A stretch of DNA of 64,000 nucleotides, from the NCBI GenBank assembly GCA_050298595.1, contig JBNKUM010000076.1, positions 75,956-139,955 of the forward strand, written 5' to 3'. This DNA is from Gammaproteobacteria bacterium (GTDB lineage Bacteria; Pseudomonadota; Gammaproteobacteria; GCA-001735895). Under the pieces are notes generated by a model that worked only from the letters and a program-made list of their open reading frames with translations, made no database searches and was not told the DNA's origin. The position numbers and the translations under genes are program-made. Positions 11,258-22,054 of this stretch are shown piece after piece; the first letter of the stretch is position 1; each line of letters starts with the position of its first letter.

Positions 11258-12112
11258 ATGTTTAACCTGAAATCGGCAATATGGCTGTGCGTATTTGTTC
11301 TGACCTCCGTCAGTCAAATCGCATCAGCACAATCCTATTACCCGAACAATAACTATCCTGCAAACAACGGATATAACAACTCTAGTTATTACGGGTACAA
11401 CAATCCCGGTTATGGCAGATACAATAATTCTGGATATAACGGATACAATCGCTATAACAATTATCCTCAACCCAGTTACAACAACTATCCACAGCAAAAC
11501 TATAACAATTACTACAACCAGCAGCCGCCTGCCTATGGCTACGCGCAACCGGCCTACCCACAGAATTATTACCCCATGCCTCGCTACAACAATGGCTACG
11601 GTTACAACAACAATGGCAATGGCTTCAACAGAATGTTCAAGGGCAATAAATTTGGTGGTGGTCGAAACTTTGGCGAAGAGCTATGGCCTGGGCGCGGAAG
11701 CATCTACGAAGATGCACTACCTATGCATGGCCCCTGGGACAGAAACTGGGGTAAAGCACCCTGGAATCGTGATTACGAAAACCTGTGGGAACCGGAAGGT
11801 GGGCCCGACAAATGGTTTGATTTCGGTGACCCTAAAGAAGGTATGGCCAATGCCTGGGAAGACATGCTGTATACCCCGAACGCCCTCGGCACTATGCCTG
11901 GTGGATGGAAAGCACCGAGTATCTCGGTACCCAACCCAATTGATGTAGGTGATGAATTCAAAAATGCCGCGAAAGATATGCCCGATGAAATGCAAAACTT
12001 CAGCGAAGGTTTCACCTACGGCGAAGATGGCTACAACGACAATCCTAACAAAGGTCAGTTTGGTGCGGGTAACAAGAAAAAAGGCATAAACATCGCACCT
12101 AAAACACGCTAA
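11258..12112 (+). CDS. Secreted Tyr/Asn/Gly-rich low-complexity protein with a Trp/Pro/Asp-rich C-terminal domain
   Basis: Signal peptide (ASA|Q), ~100 aa of YNN/NNY repeats, RBS GGAGAG upstream. Confidence 0.8.
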   Translation: MFNLKSAIWLCVFVLTSVSQIASAQSYYPNNNYPANNGYNNSSYYGYNNPGYGRYNNSGYNGYNRYNNYPQPSYNNYPQQNYNNYYNQQPPAYGYAQPAYPQNYYPMPRYNNGYGYNNNGNGFNRMFKGNKFGGGRNFGEELWPGRGSIYEDALPMHGPWDRNWGKAPWNRDYENLWEPEGGPDKWFDFGDPKEGMANAWEDMLYTPNALGTMPGGWKAPSISVPNPIDVGDEFKNAAKDMPDEMQNFSEGFTYGEDGYNDNPNKGQFGAGNKKKGINIAPKTR

Positions 12113-12128
12113 AAATTAAGGCACAAGG

Positions 12129-12338
12129 ATGTGTACAATCTTAACTCTCAACAACACCCGGTCTATGTTGCAGGCCTGGCGCATGATATGGATCGGCCTG
12201 GTTATCGGCATCATTCACGTCATAACCTTGGCTGTTTCTCTGAAAACCTGTCCGACAACAGCTGGCTCATCCTCAGGTTCATCATCTTCAGGGACCTCAG
12301 GCGGATCTTCTGGTGGCGGCGGTAGTGGTGGCTGGTAA
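12129..12338 (+). pseudogene. Probable C-terminal remnant of a DUF2207/TPM-type membrane protein
   Basis: Ends SSGSSSSGTSGGSSGGGGSGGW*, the typical Gly/Ser tail of those families; no N-terminal domain. Confidence 0.45.
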
Positions 12339-12406
12339 TCACCCTTAACAACTGTGCTAATTTTATTGCCCACTCATTTAAACTGAATATATTTTAAGGA
12401 TTAATC

Positions 12407-13033
12407 ATGTCAGGCAACATTCAACAGGTCGCAATATTTTCCAGAACACAACGCATTACCCACTGGCTAATAGCCGCTGGCGTTATATTTGAGTTAATCA
12501 GTGCATGGCTGGTACAGAATGCAGATGTAGACATCATTGCATGGAGTGAGTGGCATGTGATGATAGGCCAGGCACTGGCCTTGCCCCTGTTATTGCGCGT
12601 TTATTTACTATTAGTACCTGGTCCCACACACTGGCGCGGATTTATGCCGACACGCGGTCAACGTCAGCTGTTACTGGAAACACTAAAGTTCTACGCTTCA
12701 CTGGGTCGCCTGCCCTGCCCCGACTGGTATGCCTACAATCCGATCTGGCAACCGATTTATCTGATTATAATTGCTGTGCTGGCACTCACTACTGCAACCG
12801 GGTTTGCGACAGGCTTTGGGCCAGGCGTACTCAACTGGCACTCGACTCTGGCAGCTTTTATCTTATATTTCACACTGGCTCATCTATTTTTTAGTGTGCT
12901 GCATGATGTTAAGGGGAATGGCGCTCAAATTTCAGCCATGCTAAATGGCAACAAATATTTCCATATCAAACAGGCTACTACACAGATTCCTAAAGAGAAC
13001 AGTGTTTCGCTGGATAGTTTTATGAAGAAGTAA
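12407..13033 (+). CDS. Cytochrome b/b6 domain protein (Ni/Fe-hydrogenase cytochrome b type)
   Basis: QRITHW, WH, YNP, WH and H ligands in four TM helices, ISAMLNG.K. Confidence 0.85.
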   Translation: MSGNIQQVAIFSRTQRITHWLIAAGVIFELISAWLVQNADVDIIAWSEWHVMIGQALALPLLLRVYLLLVPGPTHWRGFMPTRGQRQLLLETLKFYASLGRLPCPDWYAYNPIWQPIYLIIIAVLALTTATGFATGFGPGVLNWHSTLAAFILYFTLAHLFFSVLHDVKGNGAQISAMLNGNKYFHIKQATTQIPKENSVSLDSFMKK

Positions 13034-13047
13034 TACTCGGAAATCCC

Positions 13048-13554
13048 TTACTTACTTCTGAAATTCCAGGGCGCCACAGCCTTACTTTCCCAAAGTCCTA
13101 GAGTATCCTTGCGTGCCTGCAACTCGGCCTCACTATAAATCCGCTTAAGTTCTTCAGGAAAATCAATATCTTCCCGATAAAACCAGGCGTAACCATCCTT
13201 TATTTGTTGTAGATTGATATCCCGATCATCTTTTAAAATACGTGCCGTAATGCGACCGTATCTATCGCTTTGAATAGTGTCCAGATCAACATATTGATCA
13301 AGCACCAGTCTACTCAGGTTGCGCCTTGCCTCTTTACCATACAACTGTTCTAACTGAGGGGCATCAATACCCGACAACCAGACTTTGCGGCTGTTATGCT
13401 CGGCATCTACCACATACACCGTATCCCCCGCCATCACTTCAACTACCCGGCAGGGACAGTTCAAGGTATTTGCCATAACTGGAGAGCCCGTTAAAAAAAA
13501 CAAAACGATGATCACGAAAAACCAGCTTCGATTTATTGGCCTGTTCATTCTCAC
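13048..13554 (-). CDS. Thermonuclease (SNase-like) family protein
   Basis: GDT, LSGIDAPQ, DRYGR, DINLQQIKDGYAW, GLW...PWNFR. Confidence 0.9.
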   Translation of the reverse strand: MRMNRPINRSWFFVIIVLFFLTGSPVMANTLNCPCRVVEVMAGDTVYVVDAEHNSRKVWLSGIDAPQLEQLYGKEARRNLSRLVLDQYVDLDTIQSDRYGRITARILKDDRDINLQQIKDGYAWFYREDIDFPEELKRIYSEAELQARKDTLGLWESKAVAPWNFRSK

Positions 13555-13952
13555 TTTGTATCGAAATTTAATTGGGAAATAATTTCGTTCAACCTGTTTT
13601 GCTGACCATCCATTCCAGTCACTGCAGAATCTTTGCTGGCAGAAGCCACTTTTCTTAATCGAATCTTTTCAATATATTGCAGGTTACACAGAAGAATGGT
13701 TTTCTTGATTTTTTCAAGCTGGTCAGCAATCAGTCCCATATCTCTGACCCAGGTTTCAATTACGACCCCTTTAGTTTTATCTATTTTTGCACCCGGTTCT
13801 AACTTGGAGCCCAGCGAGTTGAAGTCTTCACACCACTCCAGGGGTGCTTTATGAGAAAGCTTAAAAAACAAATCAATGTAACCCTCTTTGCGCACTCTTG
13901 GAGGACGCTCATCGTCAATTCCAGTAATCTTTATATCATTGATTGAATCCAT
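13551..13952 (-). CDS. Hypothetical protein
   Basis: 133 aa ORF with RBS GGAGA, overlapping the start of the nuclease gene. Confidence 0.75.
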   Translation of the reverse strand: MDSINDIKITGIDDERPPRVRKEGYIDLFFKLSHKAPLEWCEDFNSLGSKLEPGAKIDKTKGVVIETWVRDMGLIADQLEKIKKTILLCNLQYIEKIRLRKVASASKDSAVTGMDGQQNRLNEIISQLNFDTK

Positions 13953-14126
13953 TAATTTTCTCCAAAGTAATAATCAATACGGCATGCTTATTAAAGATGA
14001 TTTCTGATCTGTAAAGTTCATTTTAGACAGGATTAGAGATCAAGAGGATAAAGACAGCACTCGTTGATCAATTGCCTTTTGCCATAGCAGTCTAGCATGC
14101 ATAGTAATCACCCGTAGCATTATAAA

Positions 14127-16445
14127 TCATCGTCCACACCAGTGAGGTAGTACCATCTGACATAACTTGGATACATCCACCGTCAGCACCAGAGCCTGAG
14201 ACTCACGAGTGATAACTGAGTAATCCTGTATATCTTCCAGCCTGTACAGGTACTTGAGTGATAAGATTTCATTCAAAAACCCGCCCTTCAGGTAAACTGA
14301 GCCCAGATCAGTATCATACACATGCTGTCCTTTGGTTTCGTACTGGTAGCCGATACCCCAGGTTGTTAGTAAAAAAGCGTTACTGTCGTTGTGGTGAATT
14401 AAGCCGATACCCAGGCTCGCATAATCATCATCCGCCAGCTCACGTCCAAAATCATGGTAGCCCAGACTCATATCAATGCTCATATTGGCAAAGGTCAGAC
14501 CTTTGGGACGATAGCCCAGCTCCAGCAGATTATTCTTCTGACTCAGGTTAAAACCGTAAGAGACAGAAAATACATCTTTAATCGGTAACGGCCAGATCTG
14601 TGAATCATGATGATAAAGATAGGAATCCACCACAGGCTTTGCCACCTTTAATGCGGTTCCAATATACTGATTACCCAACTTCCCGGAACAGTTCTCGCAA
14701 TTTGCCGCAGACTGTTGCATCTGAATAATATTTTCATAGATACCAGAAACCTTTTCTGCCGTAAACTTTCTACCATCTTTCAGGATACGCTCCATATCGC
14801 TGCCATGGCCAAGATCAAGGTCTCCAGCATAAGTATCGAATCTATCCAGATAACTGCTGTAATCAACCTGACTACCATGGGTAACACTGACCGTTCCAAA
14901 AGATTTCGCTAAAGCGATATTCATATTCTGTTTTTCCCGACAGATCACCAGCGATTTATCAAACTCACTGTTATACAGGTAACGAAAGAAATCTACATTT
15001 GAATCCTCGTAGGATAACTTCAAACGGGTGTCATCAAAACATTGCTGAGGCTGTGATTTTATCCATTGCATTAACTCTTCGCGTACACAGCCCTGATACA
15101 CCGGATCGAATCGATTAATATTCTTTCCTGAGCGCTCGGTACTCGTATCGCATTGAATTTGTGCGATCAAATGCTGGCCATCGTAGACCCCTACCAGATA
15201 GTCATGCAGGCGGTATTCGGCCGCATAAAACGCCCCAAAATGCTCATGCAGATCAGCCAGCAAATGATGAAAGCGATTGGTCATATAAAAGCTACGCCTA
15301 TCGGATTCAATATTTGATAATCGTTTCAAAGCCGAGCGGTATTCATTATCAAGTGCGGTTGTAAGTGACTTAATAAAATAAGTTCCATAGTCATATAGCC
15401 CGGATATCGAATAATCCTGAACAACTTTTTGCGCTACATTTTCCTTAGATCGATAAGAATCCGGGTTTATATAAATCAACTTCATCGGTTTCTGCATGCC
15501 CGCATTAGTCTTCACCTTGTGGTCATACACATCAAGACTCACCCCTATCGGTGAGTTATCGAAAAAACCGCCATCACTAAAGTATTCAGTGGTTGCTCTA
15601 CCTCGGGTGCAGGACTGCCCCTTTTCAAGCTCAAGCGGGTAACAATAACTCAGTGGCACGGGTGAAAATGCCAGCGGAAAAGCACTGGATGCCAGCCCCA
15701 GATCCCACACATCATCAAATTCAACCAGGCCCAGCTCATTCTCAACAAGCAGCAAATAAGGTGTAGGGAACTGGATAGACTCCTTATCCAGAGGTTGGTG
15801 GATATCCTTATAATTCCTGAAAGCCAGTTTTTGATTCTCATCGACAAATACCTGTAAGGGTATAACAAACCTTTGCAATTTAACGGTTTCACCAATTTCA
15901 TTGATTTTATATCGATAGGGTTCAACCTTGGTGATAGACATGGTAATAATCATACTGCATCCTGCAACAGCATCACGTTCGATTAAGCTTTTTATCAGCT
16001 GCTTTTTTTTAAAAAAACCATCCCGATTAAAAATGCCTCGCTGCTTTGAACTTTTTGCTTGATCTGACATTTCATCTTTTGCAGGCACCAGATCCTGAAT
16101 ACCGATATCCCAGCTCCAGCGCATAAAATTATCACTCTGAGAATCGTTTAGTGCGATGTCATCCTGAGTTGTAATGCGTTTATCTTTAATGCAGCTATCG
16201 ACCGCCGACAATACACTATTAATGCTACCTGCCGATGCCCCTGAAAAGGCAACCACTTCATCCTGTTTTTGCTGCACATAATGTAGCAGTGTACGATTCA
16301 ATCCGGTCTCATAACTACCCAGACTGATGCCACCCTTGACGGCAAAATAATATACATCCCTCGCAGCAGCATCGGTTGCTGCCAAAAGTTGAAAACTAAA
16401 ACAGTAAGCAAGGATAAACAGAATAAGCTTTTGTGGATTTTTCAT
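14127..16445 (-). CDS. Secreted patatin-like phospholipase with a beta-rich C-terminus
   Basis: Signal peptide; GGISLGSY, GASAG nucleophile elbow, ASSAFPLAF, DGGFFDNSP. Confidence 0.88.
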   Translation of the reverse strand: MKNPQKLILFILAYCFSFQLLAATDAAARDVYYFAVKGGISLGSYETGLNRTLLHYVQQKQDEVVAFSGASAGSINSVLSAVDSCIKDKRITTQDDIALNDSQSDNFMRWSWDIGIQDLVPAKDEMSDQAKSSKQRGIFNRDGFFKKKQLIKSLIERDAVAGCSMIITMSITKVEPYRYKINEIGETVKLQRFVIPLQVFVDENQKLAFRNYKDIHQPLDKESIQFPTPYLLLVENELGLVEFDDVWDLGLASSAFPLAFSPVPLSYCYPLELEKGQSCTRGRATTEYFSDGGFFDNSPIGVSLDVYDHKVKTNAGMQKPMKLIYINPDSYRSKENVAQKVVQDYSISGLYDYGTYFIKSLTTALDNEYRSALKRLSNIESDRRSFYMTNRFHHLLADLHEHFGAFYAAEYRLHDYLVGVYDGQHLIAQIQCDTSTERSGKNINRFDPVYQGCVREELMQWIKSQPQQCFDDTRLKLSYEDSNVDFFRYLYNSEFDKSLVICREKQNMNIALAKSFGTVSVTHGSQVDYSSYLDRFDTYAGDLDLGHGSDMERILKDGRKFTAEKVSGIYENIIQMQQSAANCENCSGKLGNQYIGTALKVAKPVVDSYLYHHDSQIWPLPIKDVFSVSYGFNLSQKNNLLELGYRPKGLTFANMSIDMSLGYHDFGRELADDDYASLGIGLIHHNDSNAFLLTTWGIGYQYETKGQHVYDTDLGSVYLKGGFLNEILSLKYLYRLEDIQDYSVITRESQALVLTVDVSKLCQMVLPHWCGR

Positions 16446-16622
16446 ACTGGAGTTCCAGGAGCCCGCTGGCTAAAATTTTTTTTAAATCGTTAAACAGGTT
16501 ATACATTTTCCTGCTTACAGGTATGATGTAAAACCCTGATTGCTGAAAGTTAACACTATTTAACCATGATCAGATAACAAAGCATGTTAAATTAATTCCC
16601 TATTATTTCACTTACTACAAAT

Positions 16623-17321
16623 ATGCCTTCAGAATTAGTCAATAGTTCAAACTCAGGTAAATCAGGGATGCGTGCCCGCCACATTTTGTTGATCATAGTC
16701 ATCACTATATTGCTAACGATGGCTGCAACCTTCTGGTTTGTACGTAGCTATATATATGCCAAAGACTTTACTCCTGTGCAACTCAATACCAGCGAACAGC
16801 AGCAACTGAACCAAAAACTCAAGGTGCTGGGCTATCAGCCAGAAACCACCCAACCTCAGAATAATCAGCCAGCAAGCGAAAGTGATGCACAATGGTTAAG
16901 ACCTGAAGCCTATCAGGAAAACGCCGCAAAACGCGAGGTTAACTTCAGCGAACGTGAGCTAAATGCCATGATTGCAAACAATCAGGACCTGGCTAAAAAA
17001 CTCGCCATAGACCTGAGTAATGACCTGATCAGCGCACGCTTACTGGTACCGCTAGATCCCAATTTTCCCATCATGGGAGGTAAAACCCTCCGCGTTTCTG
17101 CAGGCCTCGAAACATCATTCAGCAATGCCCGGCCCAAAGTTATTCTAAAAGGTGTCAGTCTAATGGGTATAACTATACCCGCTGCCTGGCTGGGTGGACT
17201 GAAGAATATTGACCTGATCAGCGAGTTTGGCGATGAAAAAGGGTTCTGGTCTGGCTTTGCCGACGGTGTGGAAAATATTCAGGTGAGTGAAGGCTTGCTC
17301 AAGGTAAAACTAAAACCCTGA
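16623..17321 (+). CDS. Membrane-anchored hypothetical protein
   Basis: 232 aa, single N-terminal TM, SERELNAMIA motif. Confidence 0.75.
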   Translation: MPSELVNSSNSGKSGMRARHILLIIVITILLTMAATFWFVRSYIYAKDFTPVQLNTSEQQQLNQKLKVLGYQPETTQPQNNQPASESDAQWLRPEAYQENAAKREVNFSERELNAMIANNQDLAKKLAIDLSNDLISARLLVPLDPNFPIMGGKTLRVSAGLETSFSNARPKVILKGVSLMGITIPAAWLGGLKNIDLISEFGDEKGFWSGFADGVENIQVSEGLLKVKLKP

Positions 17322-17369
17322 GCAGCTAGCTTTGCTATACTGATCTGCTTCCACCCGAGATCAAGCTTA

Positions 17370-18073
17370 ATGGCCCTGCTGAACATCCAGGATAACGGGG
17401 CTCCACAGGAATTCAGCCTGTTTGTTCCAGGCTTTCGCCCCTTTTTCCTTGCCGCCGGTATTTTCTCGATAGTCAGCATCAGCTTATGGATGGGTATATA
17501 TGTTTTTGGCCTTAAAATTCTCGCTTACTGGATCTATCCACGCTGGCTCTTTTTTTATTATTCACACTGGATGAAGTCTTTATCAGATCCGGTGTAACCC
17601 CTTATATCTCTGCCATATTGTTCTTCGTCACCAGTCTGCGCCTGTATAACTGGCATACGCCTGGCCTGTGGAAAGTCCCCTTGTTGTGGGGTTTATACGG
17701 CGCGTTTATGTCGATTAATATCGGCTTTTGCCTGTTTGCCGCTAGCGCTTTTACTTCTACCATTACATCCACCCTGGCGCTACACGCGATGGCTTTTGGT
17801 GGCATAGGGGTAATGACACTATCCATGATGTCACGTATCACCCTGGGTCATACCGGGCATGATGTACAGCATCCTTCAGCATGGATAGCTCTTGCTCAGT
17901 GGCTGCTGTTACTGGGTGCAGTCAGCCGCGTGATACTGCCCATATTCCTGCTTAACTATTACGTCTATTGAATAGCGTTATCACAGACACTATGGGTAGC
18001 AGCATTTATCATTTTCCTGGCAGTCAACTTCCCCTTGCTAAGCAAGCCTGGAATTGATGGAGCAGCAGGATGA
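17370..18073 (+). pseudogene. nnrS: NnrS family protein, internally deleted, with a frameshift and a nonsense codon
   Basis: GFRPFFLAA N-terminus; ALHAMAFGGIGVMTLSMMSRITLGHTG; TGA at 17969 then continues to PGIDGAAG*. Confidence 0.85.
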
Positions 18074-18176
18074 AAGGAAACATGTTTACTTGCTCCAGCC
18101 CAGTAGCCTGACAAAAACTGATTGATAAATCTGGATTAACTATTAGTATCCACTAATACTATTAAACAGCACTGAA

Positions 18177-19232
18177 ATGATCTTAAAACACCCTATACGC
18201 ATTACATTTTTCGGCCTTTGTCTGACATTGGCATCACAGCTACAGGCCGCGCCAGATGGGCTCAAGCTATACAGCAAACACTGCTCGGTATGTCACAACG
18301 ATGACGGCATGGGCGGTATAGGTCTGCCATTAAACAGTGAAAAGATAGAACACTTTCCGCGTGATTACCTGTTTAAAACCATCCGCAATGGTCGTCCCGG
18401 TCGCGTTATGCCCGCTTTTAGCAAACTCAGTGATGCACAGGTCAATGCCATTGTCGATCACGTACTGAGCTGGAAGAAGAGCAAAAAAATTGATGTTTAC
18501 AGCCCGCTTGCAGTTGACGGAGACCCACAACGAGGCAAGCCGCTGTTCGAAGAAAAATGTTCCGCCTGTCATGGCAGGAATGGCAAAAGTAAAGGCACAG
18601 GAACCGGAGTCACCCTGTCGCGTGAGCGCAAATTTGCGGTGGTACCTCCCGCCTTGAACAATGCAGGCTTCCTGGCCAGTGCCAACGACGAATGGATTAA
18701 AAGCACGATCAAACATGGAAGACCCGGCACCATTATGCCCTCACAGGAAATATTCAAACTCACCGAACAGCAACTCAACGATGTCGTGAGTTACGTACGC
18801 AGTTTCGAACTGGAATATACCGAGCAGGACAGCGCAGTAGCCGAAGCCCCCACCATAGTGGTCGACTCACCTTATGATTTTGTCACCACCGTAAATAATA
18901 TCAAACAAAGTCTGCAGGGCATGAACTTCCGTTACTTCCCGGATCGATATCTTGAAATGGGTCTGGCAGATGATGCCGTAATCAACAAAAAACAGTTGTC
19001 ACTGCGATTCTGTAATTTCAAACAGCTATACAAAATGATCAACATCGAACCCCGCCTGGGCGTCGTGCTTCCCTGTCGCCTGACCGTAGTCGAAGCAGAC
19101 GATGGATCGGTAAAGATTTACGCCATGAATATGAAAGTAGTCTCGCGACTTTTCAATAACACACAACTCATCGAAGTGGCTACACAGATGCATGCAACCC
19201 TACTTGAAATAATCGATGAGGCAACATTATGA
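18177..19232 (+). CDS. Diheme c-type cytochrome fused to a C-terminal DUF302 domain
   Basis: Signal peptide, CSVCH and CSACH, GRPG..MP twice; FCN...GVVLPCRLTVVE (DUF302). Confidence 0.88.
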   Translation: MILKHPIRITFFGLCLTLASQLQAAPDGLKLYSKHCSVCHNDDGMGGIGLPLNSEKIEHFPRDYLFKTIRNGRPGRVMPAFSKLSDAQVNAIVDHVLSWKKSKKIDVYSPLAVDGDPQRGKPLFEEKCSACHGRNGKSKGTGTGVTLSRERKFAVVPPALNNAGFLASANDEWIKSTIKHGRPGTIMPSQEIFKLTEQQLNDVVSYVRSFELEYTEQDSAVAEAPTIVVDSPYDFVTTVNNIKQSLQGMNFRYFPDRYLEMGLADDAVINKKQLSLRFCNFKQLYKMINIEPRLGVVLPCRLTVVEADDGSVKIYAMNMKVVSRLFNNTQLIEVATQMHATLLEIIDEATL

Positions 19233-19684
19233 AACTGATCAAAATCTGTTTACTACTGACGCTACTCATTGCCGCACCCGCGCATGCAGAAAACATGATC
19301 ATGCAACGCGTGCATCATAACTTTGAAGACACCATGATGCAGGTAAAAGAAAAGCTCGACGATTATGGATACAAGGTTGCACACATCCAGAAATGCGATG
19401 GCGGACTCAGCGAGTTTGGCTACAAGACCGACGAGTATCGCTCCATCTTTTACGGAAAATTTGAAGAGATGCGATATCTGACAGGTAAATACCCCTTATT
19501 GATTCCCTATGTACCGCTAAAAATAGCCGTCATGAAAGAAAAGGATACTGTAGTAATAGTTGCAATTAATCCCATAATGTTTTCAGACTTCTTCCCTGAA
19601 AAAGAACTGGCGATACAGTTTGGTCGCTGGGAAAGTGATATCAGAGCGATATTTGAGGAAGTTGCACAGACACCTGACCTGTAA
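19229..19684 (+). CDS. Secreted DUF302 domain protein
   Basis: Signal peptide (AHA|E), YVPLKIAV, ATGA overlap with the upstream gene. Confidence 0.8.
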   Translation: MKLIKICLLLTLLIAAPAHAENMIMQRVHHNFEDTMMQVKEKLDDYGYKVAHIQKCDGGLSEFGYKTDEYRSIFYGKFEEMRYLTGKYPLLIPYVPLKIAVMKEKDTVVIVAINPIMFSDFFPEKELAIQFGRWESDIRAIFEEVAQTPDL

Positions 19685-19839
19685 TTTCATGAGATGACTT
19701 AGCCAATGATATAGAGTTTGATTTATCCTGAGCGGACATTCATAAGAATTTTTTGAACATCTTTAAAATACCATTTGCGTCTGTATCTCAACCCCCTTTA
19801 ACGATTGTTATAATGCAAGAACCGACCCCTATGTCCCCT

Positions 19840-19925
19840 GTCTCAGGTGCCTGTGCCATGCGAGAGCGGATTGGATTGAGGTCGGCATAAGCCATGCAGG
19901 CTGCCAATGCTTTTTCATCTACTTG
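19840..19925 (-). pseudogene. Fragment of a REP-associated tyrosine (Y1/RAYT) transposase
   Basis: Minus strand translates VDEKALAACMAYADLNPIRSRMAQAPET, matching the Y-x-D-L-N-P-I-R motif. Confidence 0.7.
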
Positions 19926-20109
19926 AGGCTGTCAAATATTAAATATCTGAATATCCTCTCATTTTGTCATTTAATCTTATAACGCATCCGAGCAAGAGTT
20001 TACTTCCTGAAAACGTAAGCAGATCTAAAAAATACTCCATTTTTATCTAAACATACTATTATTAGCCTAATAATATTTGCCTCAATCTCTAAAAATAAGG
20101 ATATTCACC

Positions 20110-20841
20110 GTGAAGCATGCAACTATTCCTTTATTTCAAAAGCCCCATAAGGCACTCATCTGCCTGTCCTGCCTGCTCATGATTTGCTGTTCCCTGATTG
20201 TGCGCGCAAAGCCACTAATCCTACCCGAAACCGGCAATCAGGCTATCACACTGAAAGATAAGGATATTGCGGTTCGTGAACGATTTGCCGCAATGGTGGA
20301 GAAAATCAGGGAAAACCCGGAATTTGAAAACAGGATGATCAGGTTGGGACAGGATCGCACAATATTCTGCAATATCTGTCATGGAAAGGATGGTAATTCA
20401 GTGCGCCCCGGCGCGCCTAGCCTTGCCAGTCAAAATCCGGTCTATCTACTCGACCAATTCCAGCGTTTCAGTGATGGTCGACGATTTGATGGTGCAATGA
20501 CCCAGCTGTCTAAAACTTTCACTGAGGATGAAAAGGTTTTACTGGCTCTTTATTATTCATCTTTGCAGGTGCAACCGACAAAGGTTATAGACCGTGAATC
20601 AGCGTTACGTGGAAAAAAAGTCTATGATGTTGCTTGCGCTCAATGTCATGGTGAAAATGGCCGAGGAGATAAGGGATATGCACATCTTGCAGGCCAAAAA
20701 TCAGATTATGTCGTAAAAATGCTTAAGGAGTTTCGTTCCTATACGGGACGTCGAGCCAACCCCTGGATGACGGTGATTAGCAGTTCTCTGACTGAAGAAC
20801 AAATGTCAGATGTGGCAATCTATGTGTCTAGTTTGAAATAG
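20110..20841 (+). CDS. Diheme cytochrome c4/c553 family
   Basis: CNICH..PSLASQNPVYL and CAQCH..HLAGQKSDY; start uncertain (20077 or 20110). Confidence 0.9.
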   Translation: MKHATIPLFQKPHKALICLSCLLMICCSLIVRAKPLILPETGNQAITLKDKDIAVRERFAAMVEKIRENPEFENRMIRLGQDRTIFCNICHGKDGNSVRPGAPSLASQNPVYLLDQFQRFSDGRRFDGAMTQLSKTFTEDEKVLLALYYSSLQVQPTKVIDRESALRGKKVYDVACAQCHGENGRGDKGYAHLAGQKSDYVVKMLKEFRSYTGRRANPWMTVISSSLTEEQMSDVAIYVSSLK

Positions 20842-21544
20842 TGAGCAGAATAAGGTCATTGATTTTAGACCTACTTTTTTAGTATTTCAGTTCTATTTCC
20901 TGATTTCAGAATAGCAACTTAAGGCCGACAGTTCTCATTGATGATCAATGCATGAATGACTCCTTCGTGTTATCGATAATAAAAAGGGACGGAGGGATTA
21001 AATTTTTACCATTAGATCTGAAGCTCATGGGGCAGGCTCCATGAAGATCTTATTAGGTAATAAAGTCAAGGATTGTTACGTTTTTTCTGTGTTTAAAATA
21101 GAGCCACTGAACGTCTGGTATGGGGGATAGCAGTCATTTAAGGTCAGAATGTGAATGGCTCCTTTTCCTGAAAGCAGACATTCGTATTGTGCGGAGCAAT
21201 AGGCAAGTATGTGCCAGGAGCTTACATATGAAGAGTGAGAAATAAATAATAGTATTTCTACTTTAACCAAACAATTAAAAAGTCGCATGGCCATTTTAAA
21301 GGAATCATGGTATTTGGATGAAGATAATAAGCCGATATTTCAATAGCTTACAAAGCCTTAGTTTGTGCCAAATAAATCTAATGGTCACCAGCCCCTTTTA
21401 CTGTAGTACTAAATTGTGAATCACGAACCCAAACAGGTATTCTACATGCCACTTTATAGTTCCCGGAAACCTCCGACTTAACGCTTCGAATGATCACTCA
21501 ACAGATCGATTACCATCAAATTAACCAGGTTTAGGAGATTCGTT

Positions 21545-22054
21545 ATGGATAGATACTTTGATAAAGAGACTGCCCCTTTTTTGGTTTGGGGAAACGTAAA
21601 GGGATACAAAGCTAAAGCGAGGACAAGTAAACATCGAGTGGTAACAGTCTGGGTACCAGATGATGGTAATGACATAAACACGCAGTACTTTTGCCACGGA
21701 CATACTCTTGATACTTATCGCCTGTTTAAATATTCTGTATTTTCGGGCGAGTTTATTAAAATGGCCCTTCAGGATGAGTATAACGAAATCACAGTCAACG
21801 ACCAGGTTCTTGCCCTAAATAAAATAAAGCCTGGTGATATAATTTCTTTCAGTAACAATGATAATGTCATTCTTCACACGTCACTAGTTGTTAATGTTCC
21901 CATGAATAATGGAACAGCAGCAGAAAAAGGCTATAATCGCAAAAATGTAAGCGTTTGGACCAAGAATGGTCGGAAAGCAGCAACTGTCGAAAAACTTTTA
22001 GAGACTTGTGCCCAATATACAGAAGCACCGAAGTTGAGATATTGGCAAGCTTGA
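21545..22054 (+). CDS. Hypothetical protein, probable papain-like Cys-His fold
   Basis: RBS AGGAGA; YFCHG, PGDII...HTSLV, VWTKNG. Confidence 0.7.
   Translation: MDRYFDKETAPFLVWGNVKGYKAKARTSKHRVVTVWVPDDGNDINTQYFCHGHTLDTYRLFKYSVFSGEFIKMALQDEYNEITVNDQVLALNKIKPGDIISFSNNDNVILHTSLVVNVPMNNGTAAEKGYNRKNVSVWTKNGRKAATVEKLLETCAQYTEAPKLRYWQA

Noticed and set aside
13048-16445. Patatin plus nuclease as a CBASS-like defence system
   Set aside because: Both proteins have export signals and there is no adjacent cyclase
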